A stretch of DNA of 64,000 bases, taken from positions 5,393 through 69,392 of the forward strand of contig CAMDGG010000006.1 in NCBI GenBank assembly GCA_945898045.1, in the 5' to 3' direction. The position numbers were made by a program, and so were the translations under genes. The notes under the pieces were generated by a model. That model made no database searches, had not been told where the DNA came from, and saw only the letters and a program-made list of their open reading frames with translations. The DNA is from a bacterium UBP8_UBA817. GTDB lineage: Bacteria; Margulisbacteria; Marinamargulisbacteria; SXXA01; SICP01. This document shows positions 56,909 to 64,000 of the stretch, one piece after another. Every line of letters starts with the position of its first letter. The stretch's first letter is position 1.

Positions 56909-57456
56909 CAGACCTTCATAATCTCAACTTCCTTTTCTTTTGCCAAATGCTCGATCTGGCTAATAAAAGAATCAGTCGTCTTTTGAATATCGTCTTGAAA
57001 TCTCTTGAAATCGTCTTCAGAAATCTCATTGTTTTTCTCAGAAAGTTTCAATGCATCAATCGCATCACGACGAATATTGCGAATCGCAACCCGCCCTTCT
57101 TCGGCCTCTTGCTTCACCAATTTCACCAAATCTTTGCGGCGTTGCTCCGTCAACTCTGGAAGACGTAAGCGAATCAAAGTCCCCTCAGTTTGAGGCGTCA
57201 AATTAAGATCCGAAGAAGAAATCGCACGCTCTACATGAATAACCGCACTCTTATCAAAAATACTCAAAGCCAATAAATTATTTTCTGGAACCGACACATT
57301 GGCAACCTGTTGAAGAGGCACCAAAGACCCATAATATTCCACCATAATTTTTGACAAAATAGCCGGATTAGCACGACCTGTACGAAAGCCCATAAAATTA
57401 TCTTTGACACGCGCAATCGTCTTATCCATCTTATCTTTTAAATCTTGACTATTCAC
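56908..57456 (-). CDS. frr: ribosome recycling factor
   Basis: 182 aa with typical Frr sequence (GRANPAIL...IRNIRRDA) in pyrH-frr context. Confidence 0.93.
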   Translation of the reverse strand: MNSQDLKDKMDKTIARVKDNFMGFRTGRANPAILSKIMVEYYGSLVPLQQVANVSVPENNLLALSIFDKSAVIHVERAISSSDLNLTPQTEGTLIRLRLPELTEQRRKDLVKLVKQEAEEGRVAIRNIRRDAIDALKLSEKNNEISEDDFKRFQDDIQKTTDSFISQIEHLAKEKEVEIMKV

Positions 57457-57459
57457 TAC

Positions 57460-58176
57460 CTAACCTCCAATCAACGTTCCTACAGATTCTCCCTGTAGAA
57501 CCCGCACCAAATTATCTGGCTCATTCATATCAAAAACCACTATCGGAATTTTATTATCCATACTCAACGAAAGTGCCGTACTATCCATCACTTTCAATCT
57601 ATTTTTCAAAACATCCATATAACTCAAAGACTCATAACGCACAGCGTCAGGATTTTTCTTAGGATCAGAATCATAAACTCCGTCAACTTGCGTCGCTTTC
57701 AAAATAACATCAGCCAAAATCTCAGCCCCACGTAATGCCGCAGTCGTATCCGTCGTAAAATACGGATTCCCTGTACCGCCCGCAAAAATAACCATTCGGC
57801 CACGGTCTAAATGACGCAATGCCCGTCTTAAAATATACGGCTCTGCCACCGCTCTAATTTCAAAAGAAGTTTGTACCCGAGAATCAACGCCTACTTTTTG
57901 CAACGCATCTTGTAACGCCAATGCATTCATAATCGTCGCTAACATCCCCGAAAAATCCGCAGTCACACGATCCATACCATTTTCCGCAGCCGCTTCGCCA
58001 CGAAAAATATTACCGCCACCAATCACAAGTCCAATCTGGACGCCAAGCGCCAATCCCTTCTTAAGCTCATTGGCAATAAATACCAAATACGCAGGATCGA
58101 TACCATATTCGCGTTCGCCCTTAAAGGCCTCGCCACTCAATTTTAGAAGAATTCGTTTATACGGGGAATTTGTCAT
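57460..58176 (-). CDS. pyrH: UMP kinase
   Basis: [19 protein letters not shown] and [11 protein letters not shown] motifs. Confidence 0.95.
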   Translation of the reverse strand: MTNSPYKRILLKLSGEAFKGEREYGIDPAYLVFIANELKKGLALGVQIGLVIGGGNIFRGEAAAENGMDRVTADFSGMLATIMNALALQDALQKVGVDSRVQTSFEIRAVAEPYILRRALRHLDRGRMVIFAGGTGNPYFTTDTTAALRGAEILADVILKATQVDGVYDSDPKKNPDAVRYESLSYMDVLKNRLKVMDSTALSLSMDNKIPIVVFDMNEPDNLVRVLQGESVGTLIGG

Positions 58177-58191
58177 AGTTAGGATGGCATT

Positions 58192-60114
58192 CTAGCAAGC
58201 GGGCTCCAGATTTAGCAACGATTTCCTTGATTCTGTGTCCAAACAAAATTTCTGTAAGAGTTTATTTTCTTTTTCATTTAAGGCTTTACACTTTTCTTCT
58301 AAGCTCAACGTTGATTTCACACTCACAGAACGTTCTTTCAATAAAGATTTGGCATCAAACGATTTATTACGATCAAAATCATAAATTTTTTCTTTTCTAC
58401 ATTCATAACGATCAAGTCCATTAGAAATCCTATAGATGTATCGACACGCTAGCTCAAAATTTTCTGGGCAAAGCACGCGAATAAATTCGCGGGATTGAAA
58501 AGGCTCCATCGAACTTCCCTTTTTAGAAAGTTTGGCTTGATAGTCATCCCATCCATACACCAGCTCTTCTTTTTGCAGACCCTCAGCCTTTTTAAACACT
58601 CCCCACTTCACAATCTTTCCAGACAAATTCAGCACTTGTTTATACTCATAATGATCAGCAGAGTTTGGCGAGATAAGATATTTTACAGTTTGAGTGATTG
58701 GAGCCGGAAGTAGTTCCACTAGAGGAGGAACAGATAACTGTTTGGGTACAGTTTTAGTACCAACAGCTACTTTTCTACTATCTGGCGACGCGTTTAAAAC
58801 TACAGAGGGTTTACTTTGGAAAGTAGTAACCACTTTCCCTCCGCGCAAAGACCCTTTCTCAACGGCAGGATCTGTAGCCTGAGTAATTTTTGAAACTTTT
58901 GAAACTATAGGAAGAGGTTGTTTTTTGGGGGGAGGAGTCATAACACGAGGGAGCCCCGCTATAGGCTGCTTCGGATCTTTAGGTTTTTTTGAGTTATCAG
59001 CTTTTACAGGTGTACGCGCCAACTTAACCCCACGAGAAACAGGTACAGAATCCAACTTTGATGGTGAATCAAATTGTGTAAGCGGCTTCACAGAAAGCGG
59101 TGCATAAACATGATCCCGCCTCATGGCCCAAGTGTATTGCATCCTACGCTCCCTCAACTCCTGAGCACGTTTAAAAGCTTTTTCATCTTTGTACACAGAA
59201 GAAACGCGAATATTATCTGGTCGTTTTAATGTATACTTATGTTCATCCTCTCCGCTTTTAATTGTTGGACTTGATCTCTTACTAGAAGATGCACTAGCAC
59301 TAGCAATTGCACTATCCCTTCTAGGGGTTGACTCTCTCACATCTTTACTTTCAATAAAAGCAGGATTAGAATTTGGCCATAACCAACTGATGGGCAGATC
59401 TAAATCATCTCCAGAACGATCAACACGAGTCTTCAATTCTCCAAATCTAAACCCATTAATTCCCTCTATCATTTTTTTAAATGAGTTCGAACACTCACCT
59501 AACAACAACTTAGCAATATACGATTTAAACTCTTCGAAACTTTTTTTCAAAAGAACCTTATCAGAATCACAAACCTGATCAGCATTACCCACCATACTAC
59601 TATGAATAATCTTAAAATAGTCAAAAATCGCTTTCATATACTTAGGCAAATCAGTAGCAAGAGAACTCTCTTCATTCTTACAAAACAACCGAACATGTTC
59701 AGAAAAATCAGCGATATGATCTGTAAGTTCATCTAGTTTCAAAGAAAAATCTTTTCCAGACACTTCTTTTAAGAAAGTGTCGTTTTGAGTAGTAGACGGA
59801 ATCAGCCTTTTAAAGGCTCTTAACTTTTGATCAAATAGAAAATTATAGAAAACCTTTGCCCCATGAGGCATCTTTTTTAATTTTAAAGCATTAGCATGAA
59901 TCCGATTAAATTGCTCCAAAATAACCCGAGCCCCTTTAATATCGTGAAACACAAACGTATCAAGTTTCTTGCTAAGAAAGCTAATGTCTGACAGCACTTT
60001 ACGCCACTGAGGATTTCTTGGAAAATCAGAACTCTTTACCTGGTTCTCTAAATGTAATTCATAGAATTTTTTTTCTAAAATCGTATGAGGATACGAAACA
60101 ACTTTAAAATACAT
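58192..60114 (-). CDS. hypothetical 640-aa protein, no recognisable family, central disordered Pro/Lys/Ser-rich region
   Basis: Long uninterrupted ORF ending 15 nt before pyrH. No signal peptide or TM. The central ~200 aa is low complexity (SASASSSKRSSP...KKPKDPKQPIAGLPRVMTPPPKKQPLPIV...). Confidence 0.6.
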   Translation of the reverse strand: MYFKVVSYPHTILEKKFYELHLENQVKSSDFPRNPQWRKVLSDISFLSKKLDTFVFHDIKGARVILEQFNRIHANALKLKKMPHGAKVFYNFLFDQKLRAFKRLIPSTTQNDTFLKEVSGKDFSLKLDELTDHIADFSEHVRLFCKNEESSLATDLPKYMKAIFDYFKIIHSSMVGNADQVCDSDKVLLKKSFEEFKSYIAKLLLGECSNSFKKMIEGINGFRFGELKTRVDRSGDDLDLPISWLWPNSNPAFIESKDVRESTPRRDSAIASASASSSKRSSPTIKSGEDEHKYTLKRPDNIRVSSVYKDEKAFKRAQELRERRMQYTWAMRRDHVYAPLSVKPLTQFDSPSKLDSVPVSRGVKLARTPVKADNSKKPKDPKQPIAGLPRVMTPPPKKQPLPIVSKVSKITQATDPAVEKGSLRGGKVVTTFQSKPSVVLNASPDSRKVAVGTKTVPKQLSVPPLVELLPAPITQTVKYLISPNSADHYEYKQVLNLSGKIVKWGVFKKAEGLQKEELVYGWDDYQAKLSKKGSSMEPFQSREFIRVLCPENFELACRYIYRISNGLDRYECRKEKIYDFDRNKSFDAKSLLKERSVSVKSTLSLEEKCKALNEKENKLLQKFCLDTESRKSLLNLEPAC

Positions 60115-60226
60115 AACAGGAAGCCCCTTCTTTTCTTAGCCCCCTTCTAAGTAATTTTTTTATTTACTATAGAAGTGTCGAAAAAAAAGAAGAGAAAATT
60201 TCACCTATTATTTATGTTTTTTTATT

Positions 60227-60847
60227 TCAGGGAAATAAACGTCGTCTCTGCCATTCATCGCCATCCCGTTTTTCATACAAAAAACGATCATGCAAACGAA
60301 AAGGCCGATCCATCCAAAACTCAATTTTATTCGGCACAATACGCTGACCAAACCAATAGTCCGGACGCGGCACATCACGCCCCTCAAACTGACGCTCATA
60401 TTCAGACACTCGTAACTCTAACGCCGATCGACTATCCAACCCCTCACTCTGCCGCGACGCCCAAGCCCCAATCTGACTCAGCCTCGGCCGCGATGCAAAA
60501 TACACATCCGACTCCCCATCCGACACCTTCACCACATCACCCTGAACCCGCACCTGATACCCCAAAGGTTCCCAATACATCGTCATCGCAGCCCTCGGCA
60601 CCCGCGCCAAAGACCGCCCCTTCACCGATTCACTATTCGTAAAAAACACAAACCCTCTTTCATCAATTCCACGCAACAACACAATACGAGAATCAGGGTA
60701 GCCATCCAAATCTATCGTCGACAAACACATGACTTCAGGATGAGGGATTCGCACATCATCCCAAGCCATCCCAAACCACGCTTTAAACTGAACAATAGGA
60801 TCTACATCCAAAATTATTTCCGAATTCATGCGCAAACTATAGCACAA
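60227..60847 (-). CDS. pdxH: pyridoxamine 5'-phosphate oxidase
   Basis: PDSRIVLLRG...FVFFTN..S.KG and C-terminal IEFWMDRPFRLHDRFLY...W...RLFP signature. Confidence 0.9.
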   Translation of the reverse strand: MCYSLRMNSEIILDVDPIVQFKAWFGMAWDDVRIPHPEVMCLSTIDLDGYPDSRIVLLRGIDERGFVFFTNSESVKGRSLARVPRAAMTMYWEPLGYQVRVQGDVVKVSDGESDVYFASRPRLSQIGAWASRQSEGLDSRSALELRVSEYERQFEGRDVPRPDYWFGQRIVPNKIEFWMDRPFRLHDRFLYEKRDGDEWQRRRLFP

Positions 60848-60898
60848 ACCACATTTCTACGTTAATATATCGACCCGTTTACAAACCATTTCCACCTA

Positions 60899-60975
<77 letters not shown>

Positions 60976-60978
60976 CAT

Positions 60979-62043
60979 TCAAGCAAGCTCATACCAAGCC
61001 CCCCTCCCACTGCCCCGCTGATTCAAATGCCCACGCTCCACCAACGCCCGAAAATGCACCTTAAGCGTATTCCGACTCGCACCCGTCAACTTAGTCGCAA
61101 CACCAATCGTAATCCGCCCATGCTCACGGGCAAACTCGACTATTTGAAGCGACAACTCCGGCAGTGAGGCCAATACAATCTTTTCCCTCTCCACTTTCTT
61201 TTCAAGTCTCCTCACCTGTTCGGCAAGAGACCTAAGAAAAAATTCCAGCCACGGTTGCCAATTAGGAGTTTCGGTACGAATGGTCCCTTGGGTTTGTCGC
61301 AACGCCAAATAATAGTCTTCTTTATTTTGCTCAATAACAGTCTCCAAAGAACTAAAGGGGACATACGCATACCCTGCCTGCAAAAGCAGGAGTGTAGTAA
61401 TCGCTCTAGAAAGTCGACCATTGCCATCTTGAAAAGGATGAATTTCTAAAAAAATAACGATCGATAGTGCAATAACAAGCAAAGGATGAAGACGACCTGT
61501 CTCACGCTCTACCATAATCCATTCAAACCATTCACTCATCAATCGAGGCGTATCAAACGGAGTCGCTGTTTGAAAAACAATGCCTATCTGAACACCTTTT
61601 TCATCAAAAGCGGCAACACTATTTGGATTGGTTTTATAACTACCCCGATGCCAAGCATCTTTCTCGCTATACTGAAGTAAAATTTGATGCAGTTGCTTAA
61701 TATGATTCTCAACCAGAGGAATATCGTTCCAAGAACTAAACACGAACTCCATCAACTCCGCATATCCAGCAACTTCTTGTTCATCCCGTGTCTCAAAAGA
61801 CTTAATCTGCAAATTGGCTAAAAGATGCTCAACCTCTCGATCGGAAAGCTTACTTCCCTCAATTCGAGTAGAGGACCCAATACTTTCAATTGTAGCCACG
61901 CGACGTAACGCCAACAAACGCTCCGGCGCAAGCATACCTAGAGCTCGCCAAGCACCTTTAAATTCATCAATTTTAGCAATTAAACTGAGGATTTCTGGAG
62001 AAATCACAAGGGTATTAGTCGATAGCATTACCCAATAATACAC
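60979..62043 (-). CDS. Fic-family protein (AMPylase-type motif) with C-terminal wHTH
   Basis: Canonical Fic motif HPFQDGNGRLSR. C-terminal ...ITIGVATKLTGASRNTLKVHFRALVERGHL looks like a winged helix. The stop lies 3 nt from the tRNA-Arg 3' end. Confidence 0.85.
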   Translation of the reverse strand: MYYWVMLSTNTLVISPEILSLIAKIDEFKGAWRALGMLAPERLLALRRVATIESIGSSTRIEGSKLSDREVEHLLANLQIKSFETRDEQEVAGYAELMEFVFSSWNDIPLVENHIKQLHQILLQYSEKDAWHRGSYKTNPNSVAAFDEKGVQIGIVFQTATPFDTPRLMSEWFEWIMVERETGRLHPLLVIALSIVIFLEIHPFQDGNGRLSRAITTLLLLQAGYAYVPFSSLETVIEQNKEDYYLALRQTQGTIRTETPNWQPWLEFFLRSLAEQVRRLEKKVEREKIVLASLPELSLQIVEFAREHGRITIGVATKLTGASRNTLKVHFRALVERGHLNQRGSGRGAWYELA

Positions 62044-62413
62044 CCAATTACACCCATTTCAAGCAAACACCCCTAAAAAGACCCATTTACACCCAATTAA
62101 CCCCTCTAAATTTTCTATAAAAAATCCCAAAAATCATCAAAAAACAACCTAAATCAACACCACCCAACCACACAATTCCGAGTTCAAATCCCCCCCAAAA
62201 AAAACCTCATCGAACAAGCCAAAAATAAATTTTCCATCATTTTTCTATAACTACATTTTCTATTACAAATGAACGTAGTGTGCATCCACAATCTTTTGAC
62301 ATCAAATATGATGCAGATAGCTTAGAACTCTTGAAACAGGCGATCTAACGCTACCCAAAAAGAAATGAGTAATTTTTGTTTGGAGGGGACTACAACAGGG
62401 AATTATCAACATT

Positions 62414-64000
62414 ATGTTTGATAGTACACCTCCTATTAATATATATAAGCAAGCAGCTAATCCTGTACCTAGACGAGTGCCCAGTACAGGAGCAAATTCA
62501 GATTCCACTTTACCCGCTATTATAAAGACAAAAATCCCCCCCCACCCTGCGACCACTTTTAAAAGACCTTCTGAGCAAGAATTGGAACTACCTAGAGTCT
62601 CTACAATATCTGCACAGAGACCGTCTCTTCCAGTTGATAAGCGATTTGATGCGACTGTAAGGAGACAAGTTTCAATACAAAAAGTTCCGAATTTAGAAGC
62701 TAAAAAACGGCATGGGGCTGCTCCAACGGATTTGCCGGTGAAGGGGGAGCCTGTAAGTGTGCGAACATTGCTACCACCAAGATTGCCATCCATTCCCAAA
62801 ACAACAGCCAATCGGCTAGCTTTACCAATTTTAGAAAAAAAAGCTGAGGAGGCACTTCGCAGCGTTGGATCGGCTACAACAACTTTTACAACTCCCAATC
62901 CTGAAGATGCTTCAACCAATTTAGTCTGGTTTCTCTCAACACCTAAAGCGAATTTTGTACTTAAGATTAATAGCGACCCATTTACTGAATGTCTTTGGTC
63001 AGATGGACATGCCGCGCAGGCATATGCAGAATTAGGCTTTAATCCTCCCAGTACAGTGCCTATTATGGGTGAAGAAAAGAAAAAAGATCCGATAACTGAA
63101 GAACACCCCCTCATAAGGGCATTCAAAGATGCACTCATCACCACACAAACAAATTTACAGAAAAAAATCGAATCACCACAAAAAGCTATCACTCATTTAA
63201 CGGATACACCCGTAGAGATATTTGGGATGGGTATGAGCAAAGAACAATTAAAAACTCAGTTCAAAGATTTCCCCTCTATTGTTAATGCAATAAAGTTTTT
63301 AGACAGAACTGTATTTGAATCAGGAGATCAGCAGGAAATAAAAGATGCCATTCTAGAGATTATGGAAACGAAGCTAAAACAATTGAGTGGACAACTTCAG
63401 TCTTCAACAACATCTTTAGATCTATTAAGAAATGGAAAATGTATTGTGATGACAATGGTACAAGGACAAACTTTAAATGAAATTTCGGATAATCCGGAAC
63501 TTTTAAAATGTTTACTAACACAAACTGAGTTTCTTAAAAAGTATTCCGAGTTGGTTGTTGCTGATATTTTTTTGGGGAATACAGATCGAGCAGCAATAGA
63601 CAGAAAAGTATTATCCGATAAATCGAGCGATACATATGGAATACAACCTAGAATTGAGGGCAACAATAACAACATTATGTTTGTGGTCGAAAATGATACG
63701 ATTAAAGAAATGGTTCCCATCGACCAAGGCGTTTTGAGCTTGGCACTATATGCAGATTTTCAAGGAAACCAAAATTTAGAAAAAGCTCTCAAAGAGTATT
63801 CCGCAACTTGGGACCACTATTTACAAGCCAACAAACTTCAATCATTTCAGGATATGGCTCAAAAAATTTACAATGGGCTTCCAGAAAATGTTAAAGTATA
63901 TTATAGCAGTGAGGGTAGAGATCCAAGCCTCGCCATTATAGAAATTGAACAAGGTCTAAAAAGAGGATTTGAACAAGTTAAAGATAAGGGCGCACTCGCC
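62414..64000 (+). CDS. hypothetical protein, 3' end outside window; Pro-rich N-terminus and possible atypical (PI3/4K- or HipA-like) kinase core
   Basis: My own translation from the ATG at 62414 stays open for 529 codons to the window edge. It is not in the ORF track, presumably because it has no stop. It contains FVLKI, CIVMTMVQGQTLNEI, DIFLGNTDR...NNNNIMF and PIDQG in kinase-like order. The competing minus-strand ORFs are shorter. Confidence 0.65.
   Translation, partial: MFDSTPPINIYKQAANPVPRRVPSTGANSDSTLPAIIKTKIPPHPATTFKRPSEQELELPRVSTISAQRPSLPVDKRFDATVRRQVSIQKVPNLEAKKRHGAAPTDLPVKGEPVSVRTLLPPRLPSIPKTTANRLALPILEKKAEEALRSVGSATTTFTTPNPEDASTNLVWFLSTPKANFVLKINSDPFTECLWSDGHAAQAYAELGFNPPSTVPIMGEEKKKDPITEEHPLIRAFKDALITTQTNLQKKIESPQKAITHLTDTPVEIFGMGMSKEQLKTQFKDFPSIVNAIKFLDRTVFESGDQQEIKDAILEIMETKLKQLSGQLQSSTTSLDLLRNGKCIVMTMVQGQTLNEISDNPELLKCLLTQTEFLKKYSELVVADIFLGNTDRAAIDRKVLSDKSSDTYGIQPRIEGNNNNIMFVVENDTIKEMVPIDQGVLSLALYADFQGNQNLEKALKEYSATWDHYLQANKLQSFQDMAQKIYNGLPENVKVYYSSEGRDPSLAIIEIEQGLKRGFEQVKDKGALA

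Noticed and set aside
60175-60642. Plus-strand 155-aa ORF with a His/Pro/Thr/Ala-rich low-complexity sequence.
   Set aside because: It is entirely antisense to the well-supported pdxH gene (60227-60847), which carries the canonical PNPOx C-terminal signature. The low-complexity composition is typical of a shadow frame.
62178-62196. ccgagttcaaatccccccc resembles a tRNA T-arm (GTTCAAATCCC against GTTCGAATCCC in tRNA-Arg) and could be an attR-like partial duplicate flanking the Fic gene.
   Set aside because: Only about 10 of 11 positions match, and similarity stops on both sides. By rough estimate, an 11-mer with one mismatch is expected about once by chance on the two strands of a 64-kb window. 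It is therefore not evidence for an integration scar.
62302-63720. Minus-strand ORFs 62302-63192 (296 aa) and 63397-63720 (107 aa).
   Set aside because: Both lie inside a single plus-strand frame that stays open for at least 529 codons (62414 to the window end) and has plausible domain-like motifs. The minus-frame products are Cys/Ser/Phe/Gly-rich with no motif. Residual uncertainty is acknowledged in the feature confidence.

Overview
AT-rich, gene-dense bacterial chromosomal window. I saw no rRNA, CRISPR array, transposase or prophage. Most genes are recognisable housekeeping. These include cutA, a parvulin PPIase, ftsEX, tkt, rseP, mazG, sepF, yggS and csp at 1-8.5 kb on the minus strand, then ychF, a DUF368 protein, an M16 peptidase and cmoA. 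Further on are rpmF-plsX-fabH-[3-gene insert]-fabD-fabG-acpP-fabF-rnhB-yraN, glnA, pyrG, pyrH-frr-uppS-cdsA-dxr-dprA, pdxH and one tRNA-Arg(ACG). The outstanding feature is a roughly 24 kb plus-strand, tightly coupled locus (8677-32833). It encodes a small secreted protein with a T9SS-type C-terminal sorting domain, a PorV/PorQ-like outer-membrane barrel, and two co-linear giant paralogs of 3453 and 3253 aa. The giants are built from about 30-35 copies of a G-N-V-G-I-G-T-x-x-P-x-x-x-L-x-V-x-G motif. Each ends in a domain resembling the phage Peptidase_G2 intramolecular-chaperone module plus a coiled coil. A Nudix hydrolase, a XerC/D-type recombinase and an M50 protease sit between the two giants, and an acidic orphan follows them. 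I cannot match this locus to a described secretion or adhesin system, so it is my main candidate for something new, namely a cell-surface fibre built on phage tail-fibre architecture. A third, small member of the same fibre family plus a VapBC pair is inserted inside the fab operon. The right end carries a tRNA-Arg, a Fic protein and a long open frame missing from the ORF track that has a possible PI3/4-kinase-like catalytic motif. A 640-aa orphan with a disordered Pro/Lys-rich centre sits upstream of pyrH. All functional calls rest on motif recognition by eye, with no database search run, and repeat counts are manual approximations.
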